A DNA stretch of 64,000 nt from Bacteroidota bacterium (GCA_043783155.1 JAYVZS010000054.1:85667-149666); one strand, 5' to 3'. Positions 47,175 through 59,534 are shown, counted from the first letter of the stretch. Numbers and translations are program-made. The notes: generated by a model from the sequence alone, not told the origin.

Positions 47175-48449
47175 TTAAAAGTTTCCGGTGATGGTAACGC
47201 GTGCGCTTTCTGAAACGCCTTTGTCAGGGTTAAACAATGCATTGATGTAGTTGCTTCCAAAAGAAATGTTGTAACGGGCCCCGAAATAATGTTTGTAATA
47301 AATAGCTGTTCCAAATGTCGTGTAGCCACCATACGACAGCCTCAGTGTGATCCTGTTGTTTTTCCAGCTGTAATCTCCCTTTAGATAAACTTCCGGAAAA
47401 TAGTCCGCATTTAACATGTAGCTCGCCCCGATGCCGGCTCTTATTTTATTGTCTCTGATCGTGCGCATGTACAGCACTTCTATTTTAGCGGGAAGAAACA
47501 ATGTAGTTGAATTGTATTTTCTTTTTGAAAGAAATGGTTGCCTTAATGTGCTGTCGACGTTGATCGTACTTTTAATGGTATCCGCAAAGTTTAATACCTG
47601 CGTCACGTCAATTCCATTGAACCGGAAACTGCTGTCAGCATTCAGTTCCGTTGATTGATTGTTCCATTTGATAAATCCAAGGTTGCTGATGCTGAGAGAA
47701 AAATAGTGTTTTTTTTTCAGATCGGCTGCAAAATATAAATCCGTTGAGAATCCAAACCCGTTAAACGATCCCAATTTTTTATGCAATGAATCGCTGTTGT
47801 GAATTTCCACTTTAGCATTTACATCGAGGTATTCGCCAATGTCGGCGGTATATACATCTGCCTTCGGAGAATGGATACGAACTAATTGCTGTCCCATGTT
47901 AAAACCCAATGCTGCGCGAAAGTCAAAAACCGCTGAGTCTTTCTTTAGTGTTTTCCCGAGACCAAATTGCAGTTGTTGATATTTCAGTGAGAGTAAATTA
48001 AATTCTCCTAACGTTGCATCTTTCCCGATGTAATTTTTATTTCCCCTGAAATACACTTCGAACAAGTCTCGTGTAAATTCTGAGTTGATGTGATTGATGT
48101 TTTTTACACCAACAAACCACAGCATGTTCGTACATCCGAACATGGAATCGGGTTTGTTAGTGAAGTAAAGTTCGGTCGTGAAGTCGCCTCCTAATCTGTT
48201 CTTGTCGTTCAGATGTTTGCTGACACCATCTTTCATTTCGTCGGTAATAAAACCATTTAAGAAATAAGTTTTCGCAAGTTCGTTGGTGATTGCATTACTT
48301 GCAAAATAAAAATCAGAAGCGACGATGATAGAATTTTTTATTTTCCTGATTACGTAACGATCATTGTTTCGGACGGTCGTATCTACTGTCTGAGCTCGCG
48401 CTGACAGGAATAAAGAAAGAATGACGAGAGAAGTTAAAATGTGTTTCAC
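47175..48449 (-). CDS. Putative outer-membrane beta-barrel protein (DUF5723-like)
   Basis: Signal ...ARA|Q; amphipathic strands; SISNLGFIKW; terminal Phe. Confidence 0.65.
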   Translation of the reverse strand: MKHILTSLVILSLFLSARAQTVDTTVRNNDRYVIRKIKNSIIVASDFYFASNAITNELAKTYFLNGFITDEMKDGVSKHLNDKNRLGGDFTTELYFTNKPDSMFGCTNMLWFVGVKNINHINSEFTRDLFEVYFRGNKNYIGKDATLGEFNLLSLKYQQLQFGLGKTLKKDSAVFDFRAALGFNMGQQLVRIHSPKADVYTADIGEYLDVNAKVEIHNSDSLHKKLGSFNGFGFSTDLYFAADLKKKHYFSLSISNLGFIKWNNQSTELNADSSFRFNGIDVTQVLNFADTIKSTINVDSTLRQPFLSKRKYNSTTLFLPAKIEVLYMRTIRDNKIRAGIGASYMLNADYFPEVYLKGDYSWKNNRITLRLSYGGYTTFGTAIYYKHYFGARYNISFGSNYINALFNPDKGVSESARVTITGNF

Positions 48450-48452
48450 AAA

Positions 48453-50192
48453 TCAATGGATTAAATAGGGAGCATCACCCACTAATTTCAGATCAAGCTT
48501 GTAATAGGAGTAAATCTGCACGGACTGCGGATAAGCCGGAGTGGTAAAACTTGCATACACCGAAAGGTTTCCGCCATTATAAATCCGTTGTCTTCTTGCT
48601 GCATCCACATACACCGGAATCAATGTTCTCTTGGGGGTAATCACTTTATAGTTCGCGTCAACAGATGCAGCCGCAATGGTCGTTGAAATGGGAATCGAAT
48701 CCACAAAATGATTATTTCCGTCAAGCAGGAAGAGCCGCACGGCCGCTTCGAAAGGGAAACCATTGTCCGCGATTAATGTGAGTGTTCCGTCACCAACAGC
48801 ATCGTAGTCGGTCTCATGTTTAACACTAAACGAAGACGTGTCAGCAAATGAAAGATGATCGGCCGCGAAAGAAAGCGGCATGTCAATCCTGATTTTTGCA
48901 TTCACAAGATAATCCGTATAAATAAAATCGTTGCTTCCAGAAATATTTCCAAGGGGATTTATATTCAACTTGAGTGCATAGTCGATGCGGTCGGGCTGGT
49001 TTTCAAGAAACGTTCTCAGGTTGGAATTTGAATTGTTTAGTACAACAACATAATCCGTTGGGTTCACTGGATACAATGGGTTTCCGGTTTCAGAAGCGCG
49101 GTTGATATTGAGGATATGATTGATCAGCAATGGTGCGTTGAGATGAACAGATGTGTTTGAAATCGTGTTAAATGATTTCATCAAGTTGATTGTTGCCTGG
49201 GCGTCAACGCCGATATTATTTTGAATGCTAATTTTCATGGTTACATCTTGCAGACGGAAACTCCCGCTTTGAATCGGAGAAAAAAGATGCGTGTACCTTG
49301 AGAAAGGGCCTTCATCAAGTTCCTTCTGACCGAGGTACCCCTTCGCGTAATAGGGAACTATATTTTGCAGTCCTGCCGAAATATTTACAAGCGTATCGCC
49401 GGCGTTTATAGTCCTGGCAACTCCGCCCGTATCAGTTTGCGCAGCTATGTTATAGGTGAGTGTGTTCACACTGTTACCCGTTGGGCCCGTCAGGTCCAGT
49501 TTGTAACCCGACAGATCGTACATCCCGACAAAGTCAGTGGATCCTCCCGGTGGAGCAGCGTTCATCGTCGTTGTAAAATGAAAAGGGATTCCATTCAGTT
49601 TCGCTTTAGGAATGGTGAATGTATAGATCACGCGCATGGGTATTCTGTTATGTGTTTCAATGCGGATAAATCCTGATTTGATTGTCGCCTGTCGCAATTC
49701 CACTCCCGAAATGCCAAGTACAGTATTGTTGCTGGATGAATAGAATGGTGTGTTCGGTTGCAATAGAAATGAAAAAGGAAGAGTGAGCACAGTTGGGATG
49801 ATGGTATCCGGAATCTGTAAAAGTGAATCGGGCGACGTGTTGTAAAAAGTATCTTCATAAACAATGCTCACCGCATGCGAACTGTCGTACTGCAGAAGTG
49901 AGTCTGCAATAAAATTCTCAACACCTAAGGAAGCATGAAGCAAAGGTCCCACAAGGTTTACTTGCCATTGCGGTCGCTCATGTTCTTTTTTGCAACCGAA
50001 AAAGATGGAGACAGCGATCAGCGTAAAAAATATTTTCTGTATTGGAGACCGTTTAAATTTTAATGTGAGAAGTAGGAAGGACGCGCGCACCCTTCGACTA
50101 CGCTCAGGGTGACAGCTTGCGGCGGTCCTGCTGAGCAGAGTTGAAGCAGGTCTGGAATATAGTATCGAAATAAAATTTAAACGGTTTCTCAA
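48453..50192 (-). CDS. Beta-rich lipoprotein with MITE-extended N-terminus
   Basis: Lipobox IFFGC at residue 67; TTG start; residues 2-50 derive from element 50045-50188. Confidence 0.75.
   Translation of the reverse strand: MRNRLNFISILYSRPASTLLSRTAASCHPERSRRVRASFLLLTLKFKRSPIQKIFFTLIAVSIFFGCKKEHERPQWQVNLVGPLLHASLGVENFIADSLLQYDSSHAVSIVYEDTFYNTSPDSLLQIPDTIIPTVLTLPFSFLLQPNTPFYSSSNNTVLGISGVELRQATIKSGFIRIETHNRIPMRVIYTFTIPKAKLNGIPFHFTTTMNAAPPGGSTDFVGMYDLSGYKLDLTGPTGNSVNTLTYNIAAQTDTGGVARTINAGDTLVNISAGLQNIVPYYAKGYLGQKELDEGPFSRYTHLFSPIQSGSFRLQDVTMKISIQNNIGVDAQATINLMKSFNTISNTSVHLNAPLLINHILNINRASETGNPLYPVNPTDYVVVLNNSNSNLRTFLENQPDRIDYALKLNINPLGNISGSNDFIYTDYLVNAKIRIDMPLSFAADHLSFADTSSFSVKHETDYDAVGDGTLTLIADNGFPFEAAVRLFLLDGNNHFVDSIPISTTIAAASVDANYKVITPKRTLIPVYVDAARRQRIYNGGNLSVYASFTTPAYPQSVQIYSYYKLDLKLVGDAPYLIH
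50045..50188. mobile_element. MITE family A, 144 bp, in frame within a gene
   Basis: TIRs GAGACCGTTTAAATTTTA / rc GAAACCGTTTAAATTTTA (17/18); internal CCCTTCGACTACGCTCAGGGTGAC and inverted GCTGAGCAGAGTTGAAGCA. Confidence 0.8.
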
Positions 50193-50250
50193 TTCCTGTA
50201 ATTGTTTCTACAAAGATGCAAGTTTCTGAATACATGACGAAACGATTGTT

Positions 50251-50754
50251 TCATTGGCTGCTTACTGATTTTCTTTTCCTGAGAGAAAGCAATGCCCATA
50301 CAAGACCAAATGAAAGCAGGTAAGCGAGCCACTTCAATTTACCCGCCCGGCTTTTCAATGCAACGTTTGAAATCGCAAGTGCGTCTACCTGTTTGGTGAG
50401 TGTATCGGTAGCACGCTGCAGGTTGGTGAGCCGTTCGTCACTTTCAAATTTATTATATGTGGTATTTACTTTTTCGAAATTTCTGAAGTCAATTACGTGG
50501 TTGAGAGAACTGATAATCCGGTTGTCGGTTTCAACAATTTCGGAGAGTACGTCCGTACTGTGCTGGATATCTTTCTTCGTTTTGTTTCCGAAGAAACCAC
50601 TTTTCTTTTCAAGAGAATTTGAATATGCTTCAAATTTTTTTCGCCGTGTTTCAAGTAAGTCATACAGGTCTTTTCGGTCTGTAGATGAACCTTGGGCAAG
50701 AGCATTGTAAGAAAGAAGATCGGAGAGGATCAGGATCAGAATTATTTTTTTCAT
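50251..50754 (-). CDS. Exported coiled-coil protein with C-terminal TM helix
   Basis: Signal ...ALA|Q; KKSGFFGNKTKKD; terminal hydrophobic helix followed by RKRK. Confidence 0.75.
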   Translation of the reverse strand: MKKIILILILSDLLSYNALAQGSSTDRKDLYDLLETRRKKFEAYSNSLEKKSGFFGNKTKKDIQHSTDVLSEIVETDNRIISSLNHVIDFRNFEKVNTTYNKFESDERLTNLQRATDTLTKQVDALAISNVALKSRAGKLKWLAYLLSFGLVWALLSLRKRKSVSSQ

Positions 50755-50963
50755 GCGATGTTTGAGTGATGTTCAAGGAGTAAAGTACGACATAATCTCC
50801 CATTATTCTGATGTGAATAAGATGTGAACAAGTTAAGAAGAAAACGAGCTGTAGTGAAAGCGCCGAGCGTAAACAAAACAAGTATCTTTACGACCTTCCG
50901 GTTAACTTTAATTTTTGATCGAAGCGGGAGAATTTAGTTTTTTATAATTTCTGTTTATACAAT

Positions 50964-52202
50964 ATGATTCAATTCAATAAGACAACATTATCAAACGGTT
51001 TAACGGTGATTGTTCACGAAGATCAATCCACACCATTAGCGACGGTAAATATTATGTATAAAGTTGGAGCTCGGGATGAAGATCCTGCGAAAACCGGTTT
51101 TGCTCATTTGTTTGAACACCTCATGTTCGGCGGCTCTGTCAACATTCCCGATTATGACGGCCCGCTTCAGTTGGCCGGCGGCGACAACAATGCGTTTACG
51201 AACAACGACATCACCAATTATTACCTCACGCTTCCTGCTCAAAATCTTGAAACCGCTTTTTGGTTAGAGAGCGACAGGATGCTTAGTCTGGCGTTTTCAA
51301 AAAAGAGTCTCGATGTTCAGCGCAACGTCGTGATTGAGGAATTCAAACAACGTTATCTCAACCAGCCCTATGGCGATGTGTGGCTGTTGCTTCGTCCGCT
51401 TGCCTACAAAGTTCATCCGTATCAATGGGCTACGATCGGAAAAGAAATTTCGCATATTGAAAATGCGACACTGGATGATGTGAAATATTTTTTCCGCCAA
51501 TATTACTGTCCTGACAATGCCATCATGGTTGTTGCAGGAAATGTGAAAACGGACGACATTTATAAGATGGCAGAAAACTGGTTCGGGGAAATAAAAAAGG
51601 GAACACAGGAGCGACGGAAATATCTTCCGGAACCCAGGCAAACTGAAAGAAGAGAACTCACGGTTGAGCGAAAGATTCCGTACGACTCCATCTATAAAGC
51701 ATACCACAGCTGTTCGCGGCTCGATAAAGAATTTTATGCTGTTGATTTGCTCACCGATGTTTTATCGCGTGGAAAATCATCACGGATGTATTATGAGCTG
51801 GTGAAAAAACAAAAATTGTTTTCTGAAATCAGCGTGTATGCCACCGCCGATTTTGACAAGAGCCTGGTGGTTGTGGAAGGGAAGCTGGTGAAGGGTGTTT
51901 CGATGAAAGATGCTGAAAAATCATTGGACGAAGAACTGTCGAAAGTGAAACAGGAACTTGTAAATGCCGAAGAGCTGTCGAAAATTAAAAACAAAGTGGA
52001 GTCAACAATGGTGTTTTCGGAAATTGATCTTGCCGGCCGCGCACTTAATCTTGCCATTGCCGAATACCAGGGCGATGTAAATCTGATCAATACAGAAATT
52101 GAAAAATACAGAGCGGTAACTCCTGAAAATATCCTGCAGCAGGCACAGGAAATATTCATGGACACAAACTGTTCAACACTTTATTACCTCGCGAAAAAAT
52201 AA
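50964..52202 (+). CDS. M16 (pitrilysin-family) zinc peptidase, catalytic subunit
   Basis: TGFAHLFEHLMF (HxxEH), NAFT, WLESDRM. Confidence 0.93.
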   Translation: MIQFNKTTLSNGLTVIVHEDQSTPLATVNIMYKVGARDEDPAKTGFAHLFEHLMFGGSVNIPDYDGPLQLAGGDNNAFTNNDITNYYLTLPAQNLETAFWLESDRMLSLAFSKKSLDVQRNVVIEEFKQRYLNQPYGDVWLLLRPLAYKVHPYQWATIGKEISHIENATLDDVKYFFRQYYCPDNAIMVVAGNVKTDDIYKMAENWFGEIKKGTQERRKYLPEPRQTERRELTVERKIPYDSIYKAYHSCSRLDKEFYAVDLLTDVLSRGKSSRMYYELVKKQKLFSEISVYATADFDKSLVVVEGKLVKGVSMKDAEKSLDEELSKVKQELVNAEELSKIKNKVESTMVFSEIDLAGRALNLAIAEYQGDVNLINTEIEKYRAVTPENILQQAQEIFMDTNCSTLYYLAKK

Positions 52203-53501
52203 ATGGAAAGTATGATTGAGACGATTGACAGAAAAAAAATTCCGGCCCTGAATGACATCGGGAAAATTAAAATTCAGGAAGCGGAAATATCAACCCTTGA
52301 TAATGGAATTCCGGTATATACCATCAGCGCAGGTTTTCAGGATTTGGTGAAAATTGAACTCCTGTTTACGGACGCTTCATTTGATCCGGCTCAACCGATT
52401 ATCAGTTCGGCGGCAAACAGAATGCTGAGCGAAGGGAGTTCAACACATTCATCTCAGCAGCTTGCCGAGATGATTGACGCGTATGGGGCGTTTTATGAAA
52501 CAGAAGAATCATCCGACTATTGTTCGGTGGTACTTTTTACATTGAACAAATACCTCGACGAAACGTTACCGGTACTGCGCGAAATAATCACCGATGCTGT
52601 ATTTCCGGAGAATGATCTTTCTACGTTCATCCAGAATAACAGGCAGCGACTGATCGTGGAAAGTGAAAAGGTAAATTCAGTGTCCCGTAAAAAATTCAGT
52701 GAGGTACTGTTCGGAGCTAATCATTCCTATGGTCATTATGTAACCCCCGCTGATTATGAGAGTTTAAACATGGACGTATTGCAACAATATCATCAGAAAA
52801 ATTATCAAAGCGGAAATTGCTGCATCCTGGTTGCGGGAAAAGTGAAACCGGGAACAGCGGCATCTCTCAATAAATTTTTCGGGAAAGACGATTGGAAAAA
52901 AAGCAAAAGTGTTTCGCGCGCTTCTGCAGCCATTCAGTCGGCTAAAGAAAAAATACACATAATCGAAAAGAAGGGAGCTGTTCAGTCAGCCATTCGTATT
53001 GGCAAAGTTTTATTCAATAAAACGCACCCTGATTTTGTTGGTATGACGGTGTTGAACACAGCGCTGGGCGGCTATTTTGGTTCACGGCTGATGAGTAACA
53101 TCAGAGAAGATAAAGGGTATACATACGGTATCGGGTCTGCATTGATGTCCATGAAAGATGCCGGATGTTTTTTTATTTCGACAGAAGTGGGAGCAAATGT
53201 GACAGGCAAAGCGATTGATGAAATCTACAAAGAGATAGCACGTTTGAGCACAGAACCGGTGGAAGGAAATGAACTGGAGATGGTGAAGAACTTTATGACC
53301 GGAAGTTTTTTAAAGGGTATTGATGGAGCGTTTCAATTGGCAGATCGCTGGAAAGGCCTGTGGCTGCATGGTTTGGGATATGATTATTTTGAGCGGTACC
53401 TTACAAAAGTCCGGGATATTCAATCGGAAGAGTTAGTGATTTTGGCAGAAAAATATCTGAATTCGGGTGATTTTTATGAGGTAGTAGTTGGTAAAAAATA
53501 A
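52203..53501 (+). CDS. M16 peptidase family, non-catalytic subunit
   Basis: No HxxEH; LGGYFGSRLMSNIREDKGYTYG; abuts the catalytic subunit. Confidence 0.9.
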   Translation: MESMIETIDRKKIPALNDIGKIKIQEAEISTLDNGIPVYTISAGFQDLVKIELLFTDASFDPAQPIISSAANRMLSEGSSTHSSQQLAEMIDAYGAFYETEESSDYCSVVLFTLNKYLDETLPVLREIITDAVFPENDLSTFIQNNRQRLIVESEKVNSVSRKKFSEVLFGANHSYGHYVTPADYESLNMDVLQQYHQKNYQSGNCCILVAGKVKPGTAASLNKFFGKDDWKKSKSVSRASAAIQSAKEKIHIIEKKGAVQSAIRIGKVLFNKTHPDFVGMTVLNTALGGYFGSRLMSNIREDKGYTYGIGSALMSMKDAGCFFISTEVGANVTGKAIDEIYKEIARLSTEPVEGNELEMVKNFMTGSFLKGIDGAFQLADRWKGLWLHGLGYDYFERYLTKVRDIQSEELVILAEKYLNSGDFYEVVVGKK

Positions 53502-53532
53502 TTGCTTTCAGGATCAAAAAAGGTTAGCTTTG
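53502..53532 (+). promoter_or_regulatory. Bacteroidota housekeeping promoter TTG-N20-TAGCTTTG
   Basis: Both boxes with canonical spacing upstream of 53569. Confidence 0.6.
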
Positions 53533-53568
53533 AACTCTCATTATTAATGATTTAATAAATAATAGACC

Positions 53569-56500
53569 GTGAGCAAAAAAATTATTCTATTATTCGTTGT
53601 TCTGTTCTCACTTTTTGGCGGGAAAATATGTGCGACTCACCTGATGGGAGGAGAGATTACATGGATATGCAAGTCAAATGGTCTGTATGTTTTTCACATG
53701 AAAATATACCGCGACTGTAACACGACAACAACACTGCCGCCTGCACCACTCATTCTGGAAACTGATGTGCCAGGTCTTTCTTCAGGTATTTCACTTAATC
53801 TTGATTCAGCAACTGATAACTCACCTCATTGCAAACCAGGTGGTAATCAGATTACATGCACACAAGCCCTGTATAATTACCAGCACGGTTTATCACCCAT
53901 TCCGGGAGCTGTTGAAGAATTTGTTTATACATCGGCACCTATTCAATTTCCAAACCTAACTCCTCCTGCAGCTGGTTGGGCATTTTGGTGGACGAGTCAG
54001 GCCCGCAATATTGCGATTGTGAATCTGAGCCAATCTCAGGCGGGTTTTACATTACGGGCAAAAATGTATGCCTACCAAAACAGGTTTGCAAATCCTTGTT
54101 ATGACAGTTCACCTCGTTTTTATGAAATTCCACGGACCGTTATTTGTACCGGTTATCCTTTTGTATTCAATCACAATGCTGTGGACGATGAACTTGATTC
54201 ATTGGTATATGACTGGGATTTTCCTTTGAATAGTAATACGATTGCAAGTGTTTTTAATGCTCCACAAATTCAATTTCAATCGCCTTATACTTTTGATCAT
54301 CCTTTACCGGGCCCTTCCCAAAACGCTAGTAATGTTGGCGTTGTTCTGGATCATAACAGTGGTGAAGTAAGTTATACTTCCTATACTTCGGGCACATTCG
54401 TTTTTGTCATTAAAGTTTCTGCATATAAATGCGGTGAAAAAATAGCAGAAATATTCAGGGATATTCAAGTCGTATTAGGAACGTGTCCTGATGTGCAGGT
54501 AGGTTATCATAATAATCCACCGATACTGACGCCTCCTTTTATCGACCATACAACCGGATTGCATTCATTTTACAATGACACAGTATATGCCGGGCAGTCT
54601 GTGCAATTTATTTTTAACGGAAGGGATCTTGATGCGGATCAGAATTTTGTTTTTCAACAATTAAGCCTTTCCGCGTCCGGTCTTGAATTTGATCCGACTT
54701 ATTCGAATGCGAACGGACCTTGTCTTCATCCACCATGTGCCACCTTGTCGCCGAGTCCGCTTTCCTATTTTCCTTTTGTTAATTATGCTGATACATTTAG
54801 ATGGCAAACGTCCTGTAGTCAGCTTGGGTTCAATCAGAATTGCAGAACGTTTTCAAACGTCTATCATTTTGTATTTAAGTTTACTGATGATTATTGTCCG
54901 ATTCCGGGAATCTCAACCGCCACAGTTACAATTGTAATTCTTCCGCCTCCTCTTGCTGCTCCGCCTCACATCAGGTGCGTTTCAGTTTTGCCAAGCGGAG
55001 ATGTAACATTAAACTGGGTTCCGGGCGTAGATACTGCAGGAAGTTTCAGATCGTACTACATTTATTATTCAACCAATCAGAACGGTCCGTTTACTTACTT
55101 AGACAGTATCGGAAATATTTCCACGACCAGTTATACGCATGTTGGAGCGAATGCAGACAATCAGCCAGCCTATTATCGGATTACAGTTAAATCAGGGTGT
55201 GATAATTACAATAGTGCTGATAATTTGAGTGACACAGTTCAGACGATGCGACTTTCAGCGACGAATACGGGAACAGGTTTTGCGCATCTTACATGGAACT
55301 CAATTCATGATCCTTTAATTCCAACAAATCATCCTTACTATTATATCTATAGAGAATATCCGCCGACTATCTGGTCACTAATTGATTCCGTTGGTTTGCA
55401 ACCGGGAACACTTACGTATGAAGATCCGATAACAATCTGTAACGACACGGTAAGATACCGGGTAGAAGTTCAGGATTCGTCGGGATGCAGATCTGTATCA
55501 AGTATCGGGGCTGACCTCTTCCAGGATCGCATTCCGCCATTCACTCCTGAACTTGATTCCGTTTCGATGGACGCTAACTCATTTGCTACTGTCGCCTGGA
55601 AAGCAGATACTTCATTAGATACGTATGCCTATGTGATCCTTACGCTTGTTTCAAACGCATGGACTCCAATTGATACTGTATATGGCATCAACAACACATT
55701 TTATTCATCAAACCTGGATGCTTCTCTTCAATCGGTTCCCTTCAGAATATTGGCGATAGACAGTTGCCAAAATCCAAGCGCGCCTTGTATTCCTCAAAAT
55801 ACTGTTTTTCTATCCGGCTTACTTGATGTGTGTTCATCTTCGATTACGCTCAGTTGGAACGCTTACAGGAACTGGCCGGACACTGTCTCGTACGATATTT
55901 ACGCGAGCGAAAACGGAGGTCCGGTTTTATTAATTGACCACACGAATCAAACAACTTACCTACATACCCATCTTACGCAGAATGCGAATTATTGCTATTT
56001 CGTCAGGGCGAATGATGCAACATCTCTTACAAGAACGTCAACGTCAAACCAGGTTTGCATAAAAGCGCATATCCTGATAGAACCTAATTTCTCTTACATT
56101 CATACAGCTACAATAACCGGTGACAATCAGGTTACCATCAGGGCGTATGTGGATACGGCGGCAGATATCATGCGTTACAAGATACTTCGTGCTGAAACAA
56201 GAGGAGGATTTTCTGTGATTGCTTCTGTACCGGCAAATCCATTAAGTCCTAATTTCAGTTACACGGACTTTACAGCTAAGACAAGTGAAAGAAGTTACTT
56301 CTATAAAGTAATTGCTGTTGATAGTTGCAACCAGGATGCATTTACCTCTGAAGTGGCGCGTACTATTTATCTGACGGCAATTCCGAATGATGATATTTCA
56401 AACACGCTTGACTGGAATGATTATGAAGTATGGCTGGGCGGTGTCGATCATTACCTGCTTTACAGGAGTGTGGATGATGTCCCTGATGGAGTCATCAATG

Positions 56501-56934
56501 CAGTCGCGTTTGGTTCCGGTCATGTGATTGATAATGTGTCTGACAAAATTTATTCAAGAGGTACTTTCTGTTATTATGTAGAAGCCTTTGAAGGAAGTGG
56601 AGATATGTTTGGCTTCAGTGATACCAGCCGTTCTAACAAGGTATGTGTTGATCAGAAACCGATTGTATTTGTGCCGAATGCTTTCCGTCCCGGCTCTGGT
56701 GTCAATAACGAGTTCAATCCATTCAAATCATTTACAAAAGGTGAATCGTTTAACATGGATATTTACAACCGGTGGGGAGAAATTATTTTTCACAGCTCCG
56801 ATCCAAAGAAGGGATGGGATGGTACTTACAAAGGCAAACTTGCTCCTGATGGAGTTTACGTCTATTTCTTTAAGGTGACAGGAACAGACAATACCGACAT
56901 TGAAAGGAAAGGTACACTTACCCTGATCAGGTAG
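53569..56934 (+). CDS. Large secreted protein with FnIII-like repeats and T9SS type B (gliding-motility-associated) CTD
   Basis: ATHLMGGEITW...YRDC N-terminus; VPNAFRP...IYNRWGE...GWDGTYKG...GVYVY...KGTLTLIR. Confidence 0.9.
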   Translation: MSKKIILLFVVLFSLFGGKICATHLMGGEITWICKSNGLYVFHMKIYRDCNTTTTLPPAPLILETDVPGLSSGISLNLDSATDNSPHCKPGGNQITCTQALYNYQHGLSPIPGAVEEFVYTSAPIQFPNLTPPAAGWAFWWTSQARNIAIVNLSQSQAGFTLRAKMYAYQNRFANPCYDSSPRFYEIPRTVICTGYPFVFNHNAVDDELDSLVYDWDFPLNSNTIASVFNAPQIQFQSPYTFDHPLPGPSQNASNVGVVLDHNSGEVSYTSYTSGTFVFVIKVSAYKCGEKIAEIFRDIQVVLGTCPDVQVGYHNNPPILTPPFIDHTTGLHSFYNDTVYAGQSVQFIFNGRDLDADQNFVFQQLSLSASGLEFDPTYSNANGPCLHPPCATLSPSPLSYFPFVNYADTFRWQTSCSQLGFNQNCRTFSNVYHFVFKFTDDYCPIPGISTATVTIVILPPPLAAPPHIRCVSVLPSGDVTLNWVPGVDTAGSFRSYYIYYSTNQNGPFTYLDSIGNISTTSYTHVGANADNQPAYYRITVKSGCDNYNSADNLSDTVQTMRLSATNTGTGFAHLTWNSIHDPLIPTNHPYYYIYREYPPTIWSLIDSVGLQPGTLTYEDPITICNDTVRYRVEVQDSSGCRSVSSIGADLFQDRIPPFTPELDSVSMDANSFATVAWKADTSLDTYAYVILTLVSNAWTPIDTVYGINNTFYSSNLDASLQSVPFRILAIDSCQNPSAPCIPQNTVFLSGLLDVCSSSITLSWNAYRNWPDTVSYDIYASENGGPVLLIDHTNQTTYLHTHLTQNANYCYFVRANDATSLTRTSTSNQVCIKAHILIEPNFSYIHTATITGDNQVTIRAYVDTAADIMRYKILRAETRGGFSVIASVPANPLSPNFSYTDFTAKTSERSYFYKVIAVDSCNQDAFTSEVARTIYLTAIPNDDISNTLDWNDYEVWLGGVDHYLLYRSVDDVPDGVINAVAFGSGHVIDNVSDKIYSRGTFCYYVEAFEGSGDMFGFSDTSRSNKVCVDQKPIVFVPNAFRPGSGVNNEFNPFKSFTKGESFNMDIYNRWGEIIFHSSDPKKGWDGTYKGKLAPDGVYVYFFKVTGTDNTDIERKGTLTLIR

Positions 56935-57037
56935 TGAACATTCAAATTATTTAGTAATAAGCAGGGCATAATATAATTCGGAGTTCGGAAAAAACACCAC
57001 CCGGTAAAGTCTCCGAACACCAACTAAATTACTGATA

Positions 57038-57079
57038 AGAAAAAACTCCCCGCATGAATTCATCCGGGGAGTTTTTTCT
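57038..57079 (+). terminator. Intrinsic terminator
   Basis: AGAAAAAACTCCCCG...CGGGGAGTTTTTTCT perfect 15-bp stem. Confidence 0.8.
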
Positions 57080-57261
57080 GTGATCCACCAATCTGTGATT
57101 CACCAAGAGGAATAGCTTTACATCACTACTATTCAAAAAAATCTTGGCTTCAGAAGCATCTATCGATATGACAGAGAAGTATCCTTCTTTAGAAAGAGGT
57201 TGGCATCGCCTTCGTCGACCGGAGGGGTGAAGCCAAATAATGTTACGTGATTATTTTCCTG

Positions 57262-58793
<1,532 letters not shown>

Positions 58794-58974
58794 TTGCTCG
58801 ATGTGATTTATTATCTGATTGTTCTGAATTCAGGGACAGTTGTTTCCATTGCATTAACCCGGTATTTTTTTCAACAAGCGAATAATGTGTTGAGTTTACA
58901 AGTACATTTGAGACACAAAAAAAGATTAAGAAAATGAATCCTTAATCTATGTCTAACAATAAAATTTATACATC

Positions 58975-59511
58975 ATGACAAACCAGGAATTCTTTATTAA
59001 CTCGTGGCAGCACGACAGCGCTGTAACGGCAAAAGCATTTCGTTCATTACCGAACGACATCAGCAAAATCAGCATGCATCATCACCCTAAATTCCGTTCA
59101 CCATGGGAAATTGTGAACCACATAGGTCCGCATGCGAGAGAACTTTCCCAGGCATTACGGGAGGGAAAATCGGATCTTATCAACGAAGGGAAATTTGATT
59201 TGAACAGTCCGACTATTTACAAATCAGTTGAAGCAGCAGCAAAAGACATTGAAGAAAGCAGTGTTAAGCTGATTGAACTTGTAAAAAGTTGCAGCGAAAA
59301 TGACTGGATGAATAAAAAGGTTGCCGCCTATTGGGGATCGATGAAAATCATGGAAGTTCCTTTGATGCAGTTTTGCTGGATGATGTTTTTCGATACCATT
59401 CATCATCGTGGTCAGCTTAGTTCTTACTACCGTGTGTTGGGAGCCGTTCAACCTGAACTTTACGGACCAACTGCTGAAGTTGAAGAAGCTATGATGGCGA
59501 AAGCGAATTAA
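58975..59511 (+). CDS. DinB family protein
   Basis: EIVNHI and IHHRGQLSSYYR...PELYGP. Confidence 0.85.
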   Translation: MTNQEFFINSWQHDSAVTAKAFRSLPNDISKISMHHHPKFRSPWEIVNHIGPHARELSQALREGKSDLINEGKFDLNSPTIYKSVEAAAKDIEESSVKLIELVKSCSENDWMNKKVAAYWGSMKIMEVPLMQFCWMMFFDTIHHRGQLSSYYRVLGAVQPELYGPTAEVEEAMMAKAN

Positions 59512-59534
59512 TATTCACCGACTAAAATAATCAG

